Assembly: GCF_036321535.1 (NCBI RefSeq)
Contig: NC_087437.1
Span: forward strand, 104,534,001-104,598,000
Length of the DNA: 64,000 nucleotides
From: Camelus dromedarius
Lineage: Eukaryota
Reading direction: 5' to 3'
Of this stretch, positions 13,310 through 25,045 are shown in pieces. The notes under the pieces are model-generated. The model saw only the letters and a list, made by a program, of their open reading frames with translations. It did no database searches and was not told the DNA's origin. The translations under genes were made by a program, and so were the position numbers. Position 1 is the first letter of the stretch. Every line of letters begins with the position of its first letter.

Positions 13310-14130
13310 TATTTTGTGAGGGGAATTGTTTCAGAATAAGGCCAGAGTAACTAATTTAAGGAAGAATGTGATCTCAGCTGAGACTAACTTCAGACTGTTA
13401 TCACAAGGAAGCTGAGGAGTACACACCTCACCACAGAGGAAAATGTTCTAGGAATTTTATGAAGAAGGAGACAGCTGCAAATTTAATTATCCAACAATGA
13501 CTTAAATTGGAAAATGGCTATGCCAATTGTTAAAGGGAGCTCTGGTGAATGGTTGCATCCAGCACAGTCCAGTCCTTGCATGACACAGATTCTGTTGCTT
13601 CTCCCAACTTTTTTACTTCATGTAGGCTCAGCCTCACCAAATATTCCATTTAATTATAATTTCTGGAAAAATTATAAGGGGAGGGTTAATGTGACAAATT
13701 TTGGTCCTTTTGCTGTAATTGGTCCTGACTTACTGAGACCATAATTGATCATCAAAAATCCCCATTTTCCACTATCCACTGTAGCTACACCTCCCATTCA
13801 GTTAATGTTTATGCTGATCAAAATTGGCTTGCCATCTTGGTTGGACTCAGAACTTCATATCTGGTATCCTGTTTGTCATATTTTCATTAGACTTTATTTG
13901 TTGTACTTGTTTATTTACTGATAATACTTGTCATGGGAAAGGCATGAGTTGCTTCAGTGAGCTGCAATCTATTTCTCTCTGCCCTGTTACATAAAAGCTG
14001 ACTCACCTACATGTAAGTGATTAGGGCAAGTTATTCCTGTCAATATGCTAATTCCTGTTCTCTGCTGGTCTAATAGCAAGAATCACCTAAAATGGTCGGG
14101 TAGCAGATGAAAATTTAAGTTTCTCTGGTA
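13310..14130 (-). mobile_element. ERVL: LTR16-like LTR plus adjacent internal (ERV3-16A3/ERVL-E-like) sequence
   Basis: aagaatgtgatctcagctgagactaacttcagactg... is antisense LTR16-like; ggggagggttaatgtgacaaattttggtcc...ccataattgatcatc...ccactatccactgtag resembles the antisense ERVL internal 3' region. Confidence 0.6.
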
Positions 14131-14149
14131 CAATTCCAAATCATGCTGT

Positions 14150-15040
14150 TGTTTTGAATATGTTCATATATACTAATTGATTTTTTTTTTATTCTATGCC
14201 TGATGACTTATTATCTGGATCACCTGTAGGTCAGTTTCATTTGTCAGTTTCCCTTGATTTTCAGTCTGTTTTTGTCTCATGTTAATAACAGAGATATTTT
14301 ATTACATGTTGACACTCTACATGAAAAATTTAAACAGCTCTGGATAGTTTTATTTTCCTTAAAAGAAGAGTTCACTTGCTCCCTGCCAATAGAGTAAGGG
14401 TGTATTACCATGTCTCAGTAAGTAACCTAGATATTTTGAGCCTGTTGTTGTAAGGCGTATCTCTACCTGGTGCATGGTCTCTGCTGAATGAATGCGGTGT
14501 TTATTGCTGTCCTCTCTCCTCATGCTGCAGTCCAGTTTTGTCCTCCTGCAACATAAGACTATTGAAAGACCTTAGCTTTTTTAGTCACTTAGAAATTTCT
14601 CTTTGATTTTCTTGGCCTCTTGCCCCCATGCTTTTTAAGATTTACCAGTGATCTACAATAGAAAGCACTCAGAATTCTGGGATCACTTCTCTAGGTCATT
14701 TTTCTCCAAGATTTCTGTTTCTCACATCCTGAATACCTTATTACTTCTGAAAACAAAATTTTGCCTTCCTCATAACAATATCTAAAACTTAGATTTCTCA
14801 GTTTCTGCTAGGCCTTTATGCCTTATCATGAGATTAGAAAAACAAAAAATCCCCAGCATAAAAGTGGTATATTTCTGGCCCCCTGCAATTTGTTTATCTT
14901 CTCCCCACAATGTTGTTGCTCCAAGTTTCAGTTACTTGTGTTCTCTGATAGTAAGTACCAGATGTTTTCAGCACTTCTTTAGTTTTATGGATGTGCTTTT
15001 CTGATTCATGCTCCTCAGTGGTAACCAGTTGCAGAATACA
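14150..15040 (-). mobile_element. Very old L1 5'/ORF1 remnant
   Basis: Pyrimidine-rich decayed L1ME-like antisense motifs (tctggatcacctgtaggtcagtttcatttgtcag; gctctggatagttttattttcc). Confidence 0.45.
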
Positions 15041-15785
15041 ACTTTACGTGATTTCAATACAATAAAACATTTTGAGACTCTTCTTAATGGGCAACTTTTT
15101 TTTTCAAATTATAAATTTGAAAAAAACAAAAACAAAACCCTGTCATCTATGATTATGACATACTGGTTTTCAAAGAATTAAATCCTGGATCCTAACCACA
15201 TTTTAAGCAAGTGAAATTAGACTTAATTTCTTGAATCATCATTTTAGCACCGCCTATCACTTTAGAGTATATAACTACATAACTGGCATTTTCATTTAAA
15301 CAGCAAATCCTAGGTTACTATAATTTTTAAAATCATTTTTTTCAGAAACAGGAAAAATTATCAAGTAAAATTTTTGTGTAGATAGCTATTGTGATTAGTA
15401 TTATATTGTCTGAAAAGATGACGAAGTCCTAACACTCAATACCTGCAAATGTGACCTTATTTGGAAATACAGTCTTTGAAAATAATTGAATCAAGATGAG
15501 GTTTTTGGGCGCTAATCCAATATGACTGGCATCCTCAAGAAGAGAACACGCAGAGACAGAGACAGACACAGACAGAGGGAAGGTGATATAAAGACACAGG
15601 GGGAATAATATCTACAAACCAAGGAATTGCCTGAAGCTACCAGAAATTAGGATAGAGGCTTGGAACAGATTCTCCCTCACAGTCCTCAGAAGGAACCAGC
15701 CTAGCAACATCTTGATGTCAGTCTTCCAGGCTCCAGAACTGGGTTGTATAAGCCACCCAGTGTGTGGTACTTTGTTGAGGCAGTC

Positions 15786-16108
15786 TGTGGGGAAAATGGA
15801 GTCTCTCAGTCTCCCTCTCCAGACACCCAGAGCCCAGGGACTCAGCTGTGTTATCCCGCATGCGCGGCCCCCATGCAGTATTGTATAAGCATGACTTGCA
15901 CCACACAAGTGTACTAGTTAGCTCCTGTCGTAGGCTAGATGCTGGCTCTCTTTGCCTTGATACGTAAGGTGGCTGGGACTTTCCATTGCCATTGAGGCCT
16001 GTGTACCCCTCCGCAATAAAGGCATATTGGAGATACCTATGGCTCAGAGAGTGTTCCCTGGTCTGCCCAAATTCATGAACCCACCAGGCCTTGAGCGCCT
16101 ACAGTATA
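15786..16108 (+). mobile_element. Unclassified ~320-bp solo LTR (ERV2-like termini)
   Basis: Starts TGTGGGGAAAA; AATAAA at 16015-16020; ...GCGCCTACA near the end; flanked by CAGTC direct repeats (15781-15785, 16109-16113); removing it restores the MLT1 end. Confidence 0.7.
15975..15984 (+). promoter_or_regulatory. Canonical NF-kB site GGGACTTTCC inside the LTR
   Basis: Exact match to the classical kB decamer; function untested. Confidence 0.45.
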
Positions 16109-16539
16109 CAGTCCTAAAAAGCTAATACAATAGATAAACCACCTGAAAGCTGTAATCTCTAAACCTAGATCCGAGGGAAACTGTATGTCCGAACCTCCTT
16201 GGACACCTTTACCCAAGGATTCAAAGAGAAATCATTAATTAGACTTTGCCTCAAACTCTAAAGACAGGTTTTATAATTTGTGATAAATTACTGGAATCTG
16301 AGATTACATTTCTTAAAGAATAAAAAAATTATATAGTATTAATGAAATACAGTTAAGAATTTTTAAAAGTTAATGGGATTTAAAGAAGCTTGTATAATGA
16401 AATAAAGCAGGGAAAGTATATAAATGTATTTAATTATAGGTAAAAGTTAGATAGGCTAATCTCCTCTACCCTTACCCACCATACACACTAAAGGAGACAC
16501 TCTGTACTAGTTAAAGATGTCTCAGAGCAGGAAGCTAAT

Positions 16540-16650
16540 AGTCTCTTTTAATAGGTGAGAATAATGACTCAGTGACATTATGTAAATTTCAAAGTTCATG
16601 TAGATATTTTGGGAGATATTAGACTCAAATGCAATACTGACTAGCTCCAA
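16540..16650 (-). mobile_element. MIR SINE fragment
   Basis: tttaataggtgagaataatgactcagtgacattatgtaaatttcaaagttcatgtag is a decayed antisense MIR core. Confidence 0.5.
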
Positions 16651-16949
16651 ATAGTGCAGTCATTTCTTTAGCTTTCCAAGAAAGGCTGACTAGACTGTTT
16701 TGCAAGCCATCATACTATCAATTTCTTCTGTATTAAATTATTTTCAAGTTATGCATATGCAGTTTCTGTGGTCCTTGACATTAAGAGTTGAACTCTAACT
16801 GCTATAAATATATAATGTGAAACAAATGCCTTTTATTATCCAATTATATTTGAATACATAATGAGTATTTCAAGTACTGGAGATTTTAATAACTAATTAA
16901 ATATGTCTTCCCATTAGGAGAAGCTACTATAATCATTTATTATGCTTGA

Positions 16950-17200
16950 ACATTTGAACATTTTTAGATGATAAAGAAGATTTAGCCAGAGAAAAAAGAA
17001 AATAAGTAATTTTCTAAGCAAAGGAAACAGCAATGTCATGTCCCAGAATCTGGAAAAAGATGATAATGTAAGAGGAATTTAGGACAGGCAAGAATGACAG
17101 GTTTGAGAATGAGGTGGAGGATCAGATAATGTGAAGCTGAGAGAATTACAGAGTCCATAACACATAGATCCCTGTAGGCCATGCATAGTGCTCACCATTG
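16950..17200 (-). mobile_element. L2 fragment
   Basis: Purine-rich antisense L2 motifs (aagaagatttagccagag, ttctaagcaaaggaaacagcaatg, ctgtaggccatg). Confidence 0.45.
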
Positions 17201-17744
17201 TGAGAGACACAGGGTGACTCTACATTATAGACAAAAAGGGTAAGTCACAATTGAGTTAACTAAAGCACATTACCACAACATTATAAGGTCTTTAATTTTC
17301 AGTTATTAAAAAGAGCTGATCTTTTATGATCTTGTTCAGTTTGTTGGAAATTGAGACAGTGAAAATGCTATTCTGCAGAAATAATATTCTAATTTCTTAT
17401 TAATTATATCCCCAGCTTGCAGAAGTAGTTTATAAGACCCTTGATATAATCACTCACATATACATCTCCATAATTACTTGATAGTTTCTAAAGTGTATAT
17501 ATACACACACACGCATATATTTATAAGGCAGATTTTCATATCTAATAACACATTGATACATATAGTTACATTTCTCTTTATAAAATTATTTTAATTTACA
17601 CTCCGATTAAAATTATGGGAGTAACCTTGTTTCTACAGTTTGATTTTTAAAGTATATCTGGGTTGTGAAATTTTTTTTTCTTGTGTGATTAGATTGCCAT
17701 TCCCCTTTTTTTATTGCGGTGTTTTTTGTTTCAGTTTTTCTTAA

Positions 17745-18455
17745 AGAGTTAAATAGTGTAGTTTTAGATTTAAAATAAAATTCAGAAGAATGTACAGAGA
17801 AGTCTCATATACCCCTGCTCCCATACATGCATAACCTCTCCCATCAGTACTTCCTACCACACTGGTTCTTTCATTAAAAGTGATGAATCCACATTGATAC
17901 ATCATAGTCACCCCAAATCTGCAGTCTGTGCTAGAATTCACTGCTGGTATTGTACATTCTATGGATTTGGACAAATGTATGATGGCATGTAGCCATCATT
18001 ATTGTTTCAAACACAGTATTTTCAATACCTTAAAAATCTGTGCTCTGCTTACTCATCCCTCCCTCTTTCTCAATTTCTGGCAACCACCGATCAATGTCTC
18101 CATAGTTTTCCCTTTTTAAGAATGACATGTAGTTGGAATAATACAGCATGCAGCCTTTTCAGATTGGCTATATTCACTTAGTAACGGGCATTACTCTTTT
18201 CCTCCATGTCTTTTCATAGCTTGGGAGCTCATTTATTTTTAGTGAAAACTTATATTCCATTGTCTGAAAGTACCACTTTTTATCCACTCATTTAGTAAAA
18301 GGACTTCTTGGCTGCTTCTAAGTTTGGGCAATTTTAAATAAAGCTGATAACAACATCCATGTGAAGGTTTTTGTATGGACATAGTTTTTCACCTCCTTTA
18401 GATAAATACCAAGGAGCAGAATTGTGGGAACTCTTGGTAAGAATTACTTTTGTAT
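17745..18455 (-). mobile_element. L1MC1/2-like 3' end
   Basis: gtagttttagatttaaaataaaattcagaagaatgtacagagaagtctcatatacccc...gtacattctatggatttggacaaatgtatgatggcatg, typical L1MC 3'UTR in antisense. Confidence 0.85.
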
Positions 18456-18456
18456 G

Positions 18457-19450
18457 ATGTGATGCAACACATTAACAAACTAAAGAATAAAAACCATATG
18501 ATCATCTCAATAGATGCAGAAAAAGCTTTTGATAAATTTTAACATCTATTTATGATAAAAACTGTACAGAAAGTGGGCATAGATGAAACATACCTCAACA
18601 CAATAAAGGCTGTATATGACAAACAATATTGTTGAAATGGCCATACTACACAAAGCAATATACAGATTCAGTGCAATTTCTATAAAATAACCAATTTCAT
18701 TTTTCACTAAAGTGGAACAAAATAATTTTAAAATTTGTGTGGAAATGCAAAAGACCTCAAATAGCCAAAATAATCTTGAGAAAGAAGAGTAGAGCTGGAG
18801 AAATCACACTCCCTAACTTCAGGCTATACTGCAAAGCTACAGTAATCAAAACAGCATGATACTGGCACAAAAACAGATACATAGATCAATGGAACAGGAT
18901 AGAAAGTCCAGAAATAAACCCACACAATTATGGTCAATTAATTTATGGTAAAGGAAGCATGAATAAACGATGGAGAAAAGACAGTCTCTTCAATAAGAAG
19001 TGCAGGGAAAACTGGACAGCCATATGTGAAAGAATGAAATTAGAACATACAGTAACACCATAATACAATAATAAACTAAAATGGATTAAAGACCTAAATA
19101 GAAGACCAGGCACTGTAAAACTCCTAGAGGAAAACATAGGCAGAACACTCTGACATAAATTGTACCAATATTTTTTATCTGTTTTTTATATCAAAGGAAA
19201 TAAAAGCAAAAATTTAAAAATGGGGCCTAATATAATTTTTATCAACAAAGCAGAAAGACAACCTACTAAATGGGAGAAAATATATGCAAATATTATGACC
19301 AACAAGAGGTTAATATTCCAAAATATAGAAACAGTTTATTCTACTCAATTAAAAAAAAAAAAAAAAAACCAAAAACAAAACCCAAACAACCCAATTAAAA
19401 CATAGACAGAAGCCCTAAATAGATTTTTTTCTGAAGAAGACACACAGGTG
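18457..19450 (+). mobile_element. Younger L1 ORF2 internal fragment, internally deleted, no 3'UTR or poly(A)
   Basis: aaaccatatgatcatctcaatagatgcagaaaaagcttttgataaa ([15 protein letters not shown]); jumps at ~18625 to aatattgttgaaatggcc; ends at gaagaagacacacaggtg. Confidence 0.9.
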
Positions 19451-19459
19451 ATTACACAT

Positions 19460-19985
19460 ACCATTCTTTTCCCATTGAATTGTCTTAGCATCTTGTTTAA
19501 AGTAAATTGATTGAAAATGTGAGGGGGTTAATTGCTGGGCTCTCAATTCTATTCCGTAGATATATACGTGTTTTCTTATACCTGTACCACAAAGGCTTGT
19601 TTACAGTAGCTCTGTAGGGAGTTTTATAAGTTTTTGTTTTTGTTTTTGTTTTCCTTTAGGGTCCCTTTCATTTCCCTATGTATCTTAGGATCAGCTTGTC
19701 AGTTTTTCTGAAAAAAAGTAATTTAGAATCTTGATAGAAATTACTTTGAAGCTGTTGAGCAATTTGGGGAGTATTATTATTTTATCAATATTAAGTTTTA
19801 CAATTCATGAGCATGGATATTCTTCCATTTATTTATGTCTTCTTTCTTTTAAAAATGTTTTGTAGTTGTCAGTATGTAACTTTATACCTAAGTAATTTAT
19901 TCTTTTTGATGCTATTCAAGTAGAATTGTTTTCTTAATTTCATTTTTGGACTATTGTTAATGTGTAGAAATACAATTGCTTTTTT
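19460..19985 (-). mobile_element. Old L1 ORF2 fragment (probable continuation of the L1MC at 17.7 kb)
   Basis: cccattgaattgtcttagcatcttg...gggctctcaattctattcc...aggatcagcttgtcag...gtgtagaaatacaattg. Confidence 0.8.
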
Positions 19986-20019
19986 TGAAATGGTAGCAGT
20001 GGTTATCTTTATTTACTGT

Positions 20020-20495
20020 TTTTAGTTTTTTTGAAGTATAGTTGGTTTACAATGTTGTGTTAATTTTTGGTGTACAGCGTAGTGATTCAGTTATATTCTT
20101 TTTCATTATAGGCTATTACAGATACTGAGTATAGTTCCCTGTGCTGTACAGTAGGACCTTGCTGTTTATTTTATATATAGTAGTTAGTACCTGCAAATCC
20201 TGAACTCCCATTTATCCCTCTGACTTCTATTTCTACCTTGGTAACCATAAGTTTGTTTTCTATGTCTGTGAGTCTGTTTCTGTTTTGTGAATAAGTTCAT
20301 TTCTGTCCTTTTTTTAGATTCCACATTTAAGTAATATCATGTGGTATTTTTTTTAATCTTTCTGACTTACTTCACTTAGTATGACAATCTCCAGGTACAT
20401 CCATGTAGCTGCAAATGGCATTATTTTATTCTTTTTTATGACTGAGTAGTATTCCATTGTGTGTGTGTGTGTATGTGTGTGTATTACAACTTCTT
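20020..20495 (-). mobile_element. Cetartiodactyl/camelid-type L1 3' end
   Basis: T-rich tail then ttgaagtatagttggtttacaatgttgtgttaatt...tatagttccctgtgctgtacagtaggaccttg...tagattccacat. Confidence 0.9.
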
Positions 20496-20499
20496 TTTT

Positions 20500-22170
20500 T
20501 AAAATATATTTTTATTGAAGTATAGTCAGTTTATAATATGTCAATTTCTGGTATACAGCACAATACTTCAGTCATATAGGAATACACATATGTTCATTTT
20601 CATATTCTTATTAACCATAAGTTACTACAAGATATTGAATATAGTTCCCTGTGCTATACAGTGCAAACTTGTTTATTTCTTTTATATATAATAGTTAGTA
20701 TCTGCAAATCTCTAACTCCCAATTTATCCCATCCCACCCTTTTCTCACCTGGTAACTAAAAATTTGTTTTCTATGTCTGTGAGCCTATTTCTGTTTTGTA
20801 AATTAGTATGTTTGGCTTTCTTTTTTTAGATTCCACATGTAAGTGATATCATATGGTATTTTTCTTTCTCTTTCTGGCTTACTTCACTTAGTATGACAAT
20901 CTCCAGGTACATCCATGTAGCTGCAAATGGCATTATTTTATTCTTTTTTATGACTGAGTAGTATTCCCTTGCATAATATACCACAGCTTCTTTATCTAGT
21001 CATCTGTCGATGGATATTTAGGTGTTTCCATGGCTTGGCTATTGTAAATAGTGCTGCTGTGAACATTGGGGTGCATGTATCTTTTTGCATTAAGGTTCCC
21101 TCTGGATATGTGCCCAGGGATTGCTGGATCATATGGTAAATCTATTTTTAGTCTTTTAAGTAATCTCCATACTGTTTTCTGTAATGGCTACACCAAATTA
21201 CATTCCCACCAACAGTGTAGGAGGGTCCCTTTTCTCCACAGCCTCTCCAGCATTTACTGTTTGTGGACTTTTGAATGATGGCCATTCTGATTGGTGTGAG
21301 GTGATACCTCATTGTAGTTTTGATTTGCATTTCTCTGATAATTAGCGATAATGAGCATTGTTTCATGTGCCTATTGGCCATTTGTATATCTTCATTGAAG
21401 AATTGTTTGTTTAGGTCTTCTGCCTGTTTTTGGATTAGGCTGGTTTTTTTTTTTTTTTTCTTGTTAAGTTGTATGAGCTGTTTACATATTTTGGAAATTA
21501 AGCCCTTGTCATTCTTATCTTTTGCAAACATTTTATCCCATTCTGTAGGTTGTTTTTTTGTTTTGCTTATGGTTTCCTTTGCTGTACAAAAGCTTATAAG
21601 TTTAATTAGGTCTGATTTGTTTATTTTTGCTCTTATTTCTGTTGCTTGGGTAGACTGCCCTAGGAGAACACTGCTGAGATTTATGTTGGATAATGTTTTG
21701 CCTATGTTTTCTTCTAAGAGGTTAATAGTATCTTGTCTTATGCTTAAGTCTTGAAGCCATTTTGAGTGTATGTGTGTGTGTGCGTGCGTGTGTGTTTGTG
21801 TGTGTGTGTGGTGTGAGGGAGTATTCTAACTTCATTGATTTACATGCAGCTGTCCAGATTTCACAACACCGTTTGCTGAAGAGACTGTCTTTACTCCATT
21901 GTATGTTCTTGCCTCCTTTGTCAAAGATCAATTGACCAAAAGTTTGTAGGTTTATTTCTGGGCTTTCTGTTCTGTTCAGTTGATCCATATGTCTGTTTTT
22001 GTACCAGTGCCATACTGTTTTGATTACTGTAGCTCTGTAGTATTGTCTGAAGTCTGAGAGGGTTATTTCTCCAGCTTTATTCTTTTTCTTCAGTAATGCT
22101 TTGGCAATTCCAGGCTTTTGTGATTGCATATAAGTTTTAGGATTATTTGTTCTAATTCTGTGAAAAATTT
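20500..22170 (-). mobile_element. Camelid-type L1, 5'-truncated (3'UTR plus ORF2 C-terminal part)
   Basis: ORF-track peptides 21148-21531 ([21 protein letters not shown]...[10 protein letters not shown]) and 21722-22351 ([28 protein letters not shown]...[18 protein letters not shown]) are L1 ORF2p, frameshifted; (TG)n expansion at ~21766-21816. Confidence 0.95.
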
Positions 22171-22649
22171 CATATATTTTTGATGTATTTACCAATTCTA
22201 TAAATGGAATCCAAGTTTTATTAGGACCCCAGGTTTTAAGTGTATTTTGGAGGGAAAAAAGCATGACTGGACTATGTGAGTAATCTGTTATAAAATAATT
22301 AAAATTTTCTCTAAAACAAGTTGAATATAGGTTGCCTATATCTGTATTCACAAGAAAACTTTGTTTTCTAAGAGGAATAAAGATATATTAATTGCCAGAC
22401 ATGGGAGAAATCTGTGCAGGAAAATCAAGTACAAATACTTGACAAATATATACCAGACAAAACCAATGCATTTTTTTCAATCTAGGTTTTAATATTTATC
22501 CATGGATAACCTAAACCCTACTAAAGTATCTTGTTTTTAAATGATACTAGGCATTTATCACCTCCTAAATATATTCATGGGGTCAGTATTATCACTGTTT
22601 TTTCAGTGATCATGTGAGAAATTAGCTGATATTTTAATTAACTTGCATT

Positions 22650-22980
22650 GTTTTTTAATTTTGTTTTTATTGAAGTGTAGTTGATTTACAGCATAAGTTT
22701 CAGGTGTACCACAAAGTGATTCAGATTTTTTTCAGATTCTATTCGTTTATATATTATTATGAGAAACTATAGTTCCTTGTGCTATAAAGTAGGTCCTTGT
22801 TGTTTGTCTGTTTTATATATAATAATGTGTATATACTAATCCCAGTCTCCTAATTTATCCCTCCCCTACCTTTTCCCCTTTGGTAACCATTGTTTTCTCT
22901 GTCTCCAAGTCCATTTTTTTATTTTTAAATAACATTTGTATCACTTTTTTTAGATTCCACATGTAAGTGATATCATATGA
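22650..22980 (-). mobile_element. Short 5'-truncated L1 3' end with TSD
   Basis: TSD taacttgcatt at 22639-22649 and 22981-22991; empty site reads TTTT/AA (L1 endonuclease consensus). Confidence 0.9.
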
Positions 22981-23734
22981 TAACTTGCATTTTTAAAGCA
23001 GTTTATTTAAGATGTCAGTAATAGGGAATTCACTTAGAAGTTTGATTTAAAAAGCCTCTTTGAACTCTTTATGTTGGAAGAAGTTTTACAAGCAGGGGAT
23101 GTGTGATTTTGTAGTAAGCGTATTTTGGAAGGTAGCATTTCACCTAGAAAGAAAAAGGCAGCAGCAGCAAACAACAATAAAACATTCTCATATTAATGTA
23201 TTTGCAGTGAGACACTTCACATTAAAAACCAAAAGCAAACAAACACAAAAGCTTTGTGCACAATTAAAATTCCAAATAATAATGAAAACAAAGATGTTCT
23301 ATTTTCCGTACCATACTTTCATTTGAATAAAATATTCAAACTTCAAATTCACATGTTTCTTCAGGCATTAGATAACTATTCTGTAGGAAGCTTTGACCCT
23401 TTTATATTCTTCAGATAGTAATGTTTTCAACAAGTAATGCTAAAAAAGATACCTTTCTTCCATTACTTAATAAAATTGGTAATCATGCTGCCTGGAGGAT
23501 TTTGTTTTCCAATTTCCTCCCCTGCTGTAAGGCGACTGTAACTTTGATTCACAGCACATCAAGGCAAATTCGAAGAGATTTCTTTTCTTCATTTAGATGT
23601 TGACTGTTTTAATTTAGCATCTTAAAAATTCTAGGTTTTTCCAGAACACAGAGTTTATCCTGGGGTATATAATATATGAATATGAGTATTATTGCACATA
23701 ATCCTAATTTACTGAGATCCCATTCCTTTCTCAT

Positions 23735-23860
23735 TTATTTATCTATTTGTTCAACAAATATTTATGGGAAACCCCCTCATAAGGTAGGAATTAGCAGGCA
23801 CAGGGAAGTTAATGATACATCAATCTCTGACGTCTCACTGCCTAGAAAGTAAAATAAGAA
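23735..23860 (-). mobile_element. L2 3' end fragment
   Basis: ttatttatctatttgttcaacaaatatttatgggaacc is the antisense L2 tail. Confidence 0.55.
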
Positions 23861-24011
23861 ATGCGGTGAAGTATTTTGGTACAATGTCAGCCTATGGCAC
23901 AAACAAATCTCATTTTGTGTTAGATTTATTTATCAGAAGTTGAGTAACTTTTTAATTATTCTTTTCCCAAATTCTCGATATCTAACCATTCATTGTTTTG
24001 GACCTTTGCCT

Positions 24012-24272
24012 TTGTCTGTTCAGGCTGCTGTTATAAAAATTCCATAAAGACTAGTGGCTTCTACATCACAAAAATTTATTTCTTACAGTTTTGAAGTCTG
24101 GGAAGTCCTAGATCAAGGCACCAGCAGATTCACTGTCTGGTGAAGGCCCATTTCCTGGTTCAGCAGCAGTTGTCTTCCCGCTGGGTCCCCACATAGCAGA
24201 AGGGAGGTGGCAGCTCTCTGAGGTCTCTTCTATTAGGGCACTAATACCATTCAGGAAGGCTCCATCCTCATG
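24012..24272 (-). mobile_element. MaLR MLT1A-like LTR (partial)
   Basis: gttcaggctgctgttataaaaattccata...aaatttatttcttacagttttgaagtctgggaagtcctagatcaaggcaccagcagattcactgtctggtgaaggccc. Confidence 0.85.
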
Positions 24273-24279
24273 GGCAGTC

Positions 24280-25045
24280 ACTGTCAGAAACGCATGCTGT
24301 AGAGACAAGACTGAGGGTAAGACTGTATGACTATACAACCTTTAGCTAAAACCTCAGAAAAGACTAAAAGTACATAAAGTCATGCAGAGTCTCATCTCTA
24401 GAGCATGCTTTCTTGACAGTGAGTCTTAATTCTAATGTTTTGCTGCCTTAGAGAGGCAGATGATTATCAAAATATTCTAGTCCTTATTACTTTTTGTTTA
24501 ATAATTCTTCCCTCCATTTATTTCTCAGTTCTTACATTATACTATAAGCAGCAGGAAGAAATAAAGCCCCACCTTCAGTGCTTTGTTTGGCAATCTCCTT
24601 AGCAATATGACCAAATTCATCACTTACAGGTTCTGCTTTCCACATAAATGGAGGCAAGAATTTTATTAAATATTCTACCACTACGTAACAAGACTATCTC
24701 TAACAAGGCTCTCTCTTTATTCAGTTTCTAATAACAGACTCCTCACCTCACTGGCAGCACATTCATATCTGAATTTCTACTAACAGTACGTTCATGTGAT
24801 TTAGACTTTGTCTGTAGTGCTCCTCAAAATTCTTCCAGCCTTTGCTGAGTTTCTGGTTACAAAGTTGCTCCTCATTTAAAATATCTGACACAGCAGCATC
24901 TCATTCTCGTGTACCAATACCATATAAGAATTGTATTGATTACAGGTAAATCCCAAGTTTCATCCACACTCAGGGAGAGGGGATTGGACAAGGATTTGGC
25001 TCATCGGGGGTCACTTTTAGGAGTGTCCACCACTGTCATGGTCTT
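24280..25045 (-). mobile_element. MaLR internal (MLT1-int) sequence plus LTR fragment
   Basis: cttacattatactataagcagcaggaagaaataaagccccaccttcag...aattcttccagcc...cagcagcatctcattctcgtgtaccaat; then ccacactcagggagaggggatt. Confidence 0.65.

Larger units (their letters stand above)
15390..16129 (+). mobile_element. MaLR MLT1B/C solo LTR, split near its 3' end by a younger LTR
   Basis: aatgtgaccttatttggaaatacagtctttg, ctaatccaatatgactggcatcct, ggaacagattctccctcacagtcctcagaaggaacc, taagccacccagtgtgtggtactttgtt; terminal gtcctaaaaagctaataca resumes at 16111. Confidence 0.85.

Noticed and set aside
21148..22351. Longest ORFs (127, 144 and 209 aa) as genes
   Set aside because: They are sense or antisense readings of a broken L1 ORF2; the HTHT run comes from a (TG)n microsatellite
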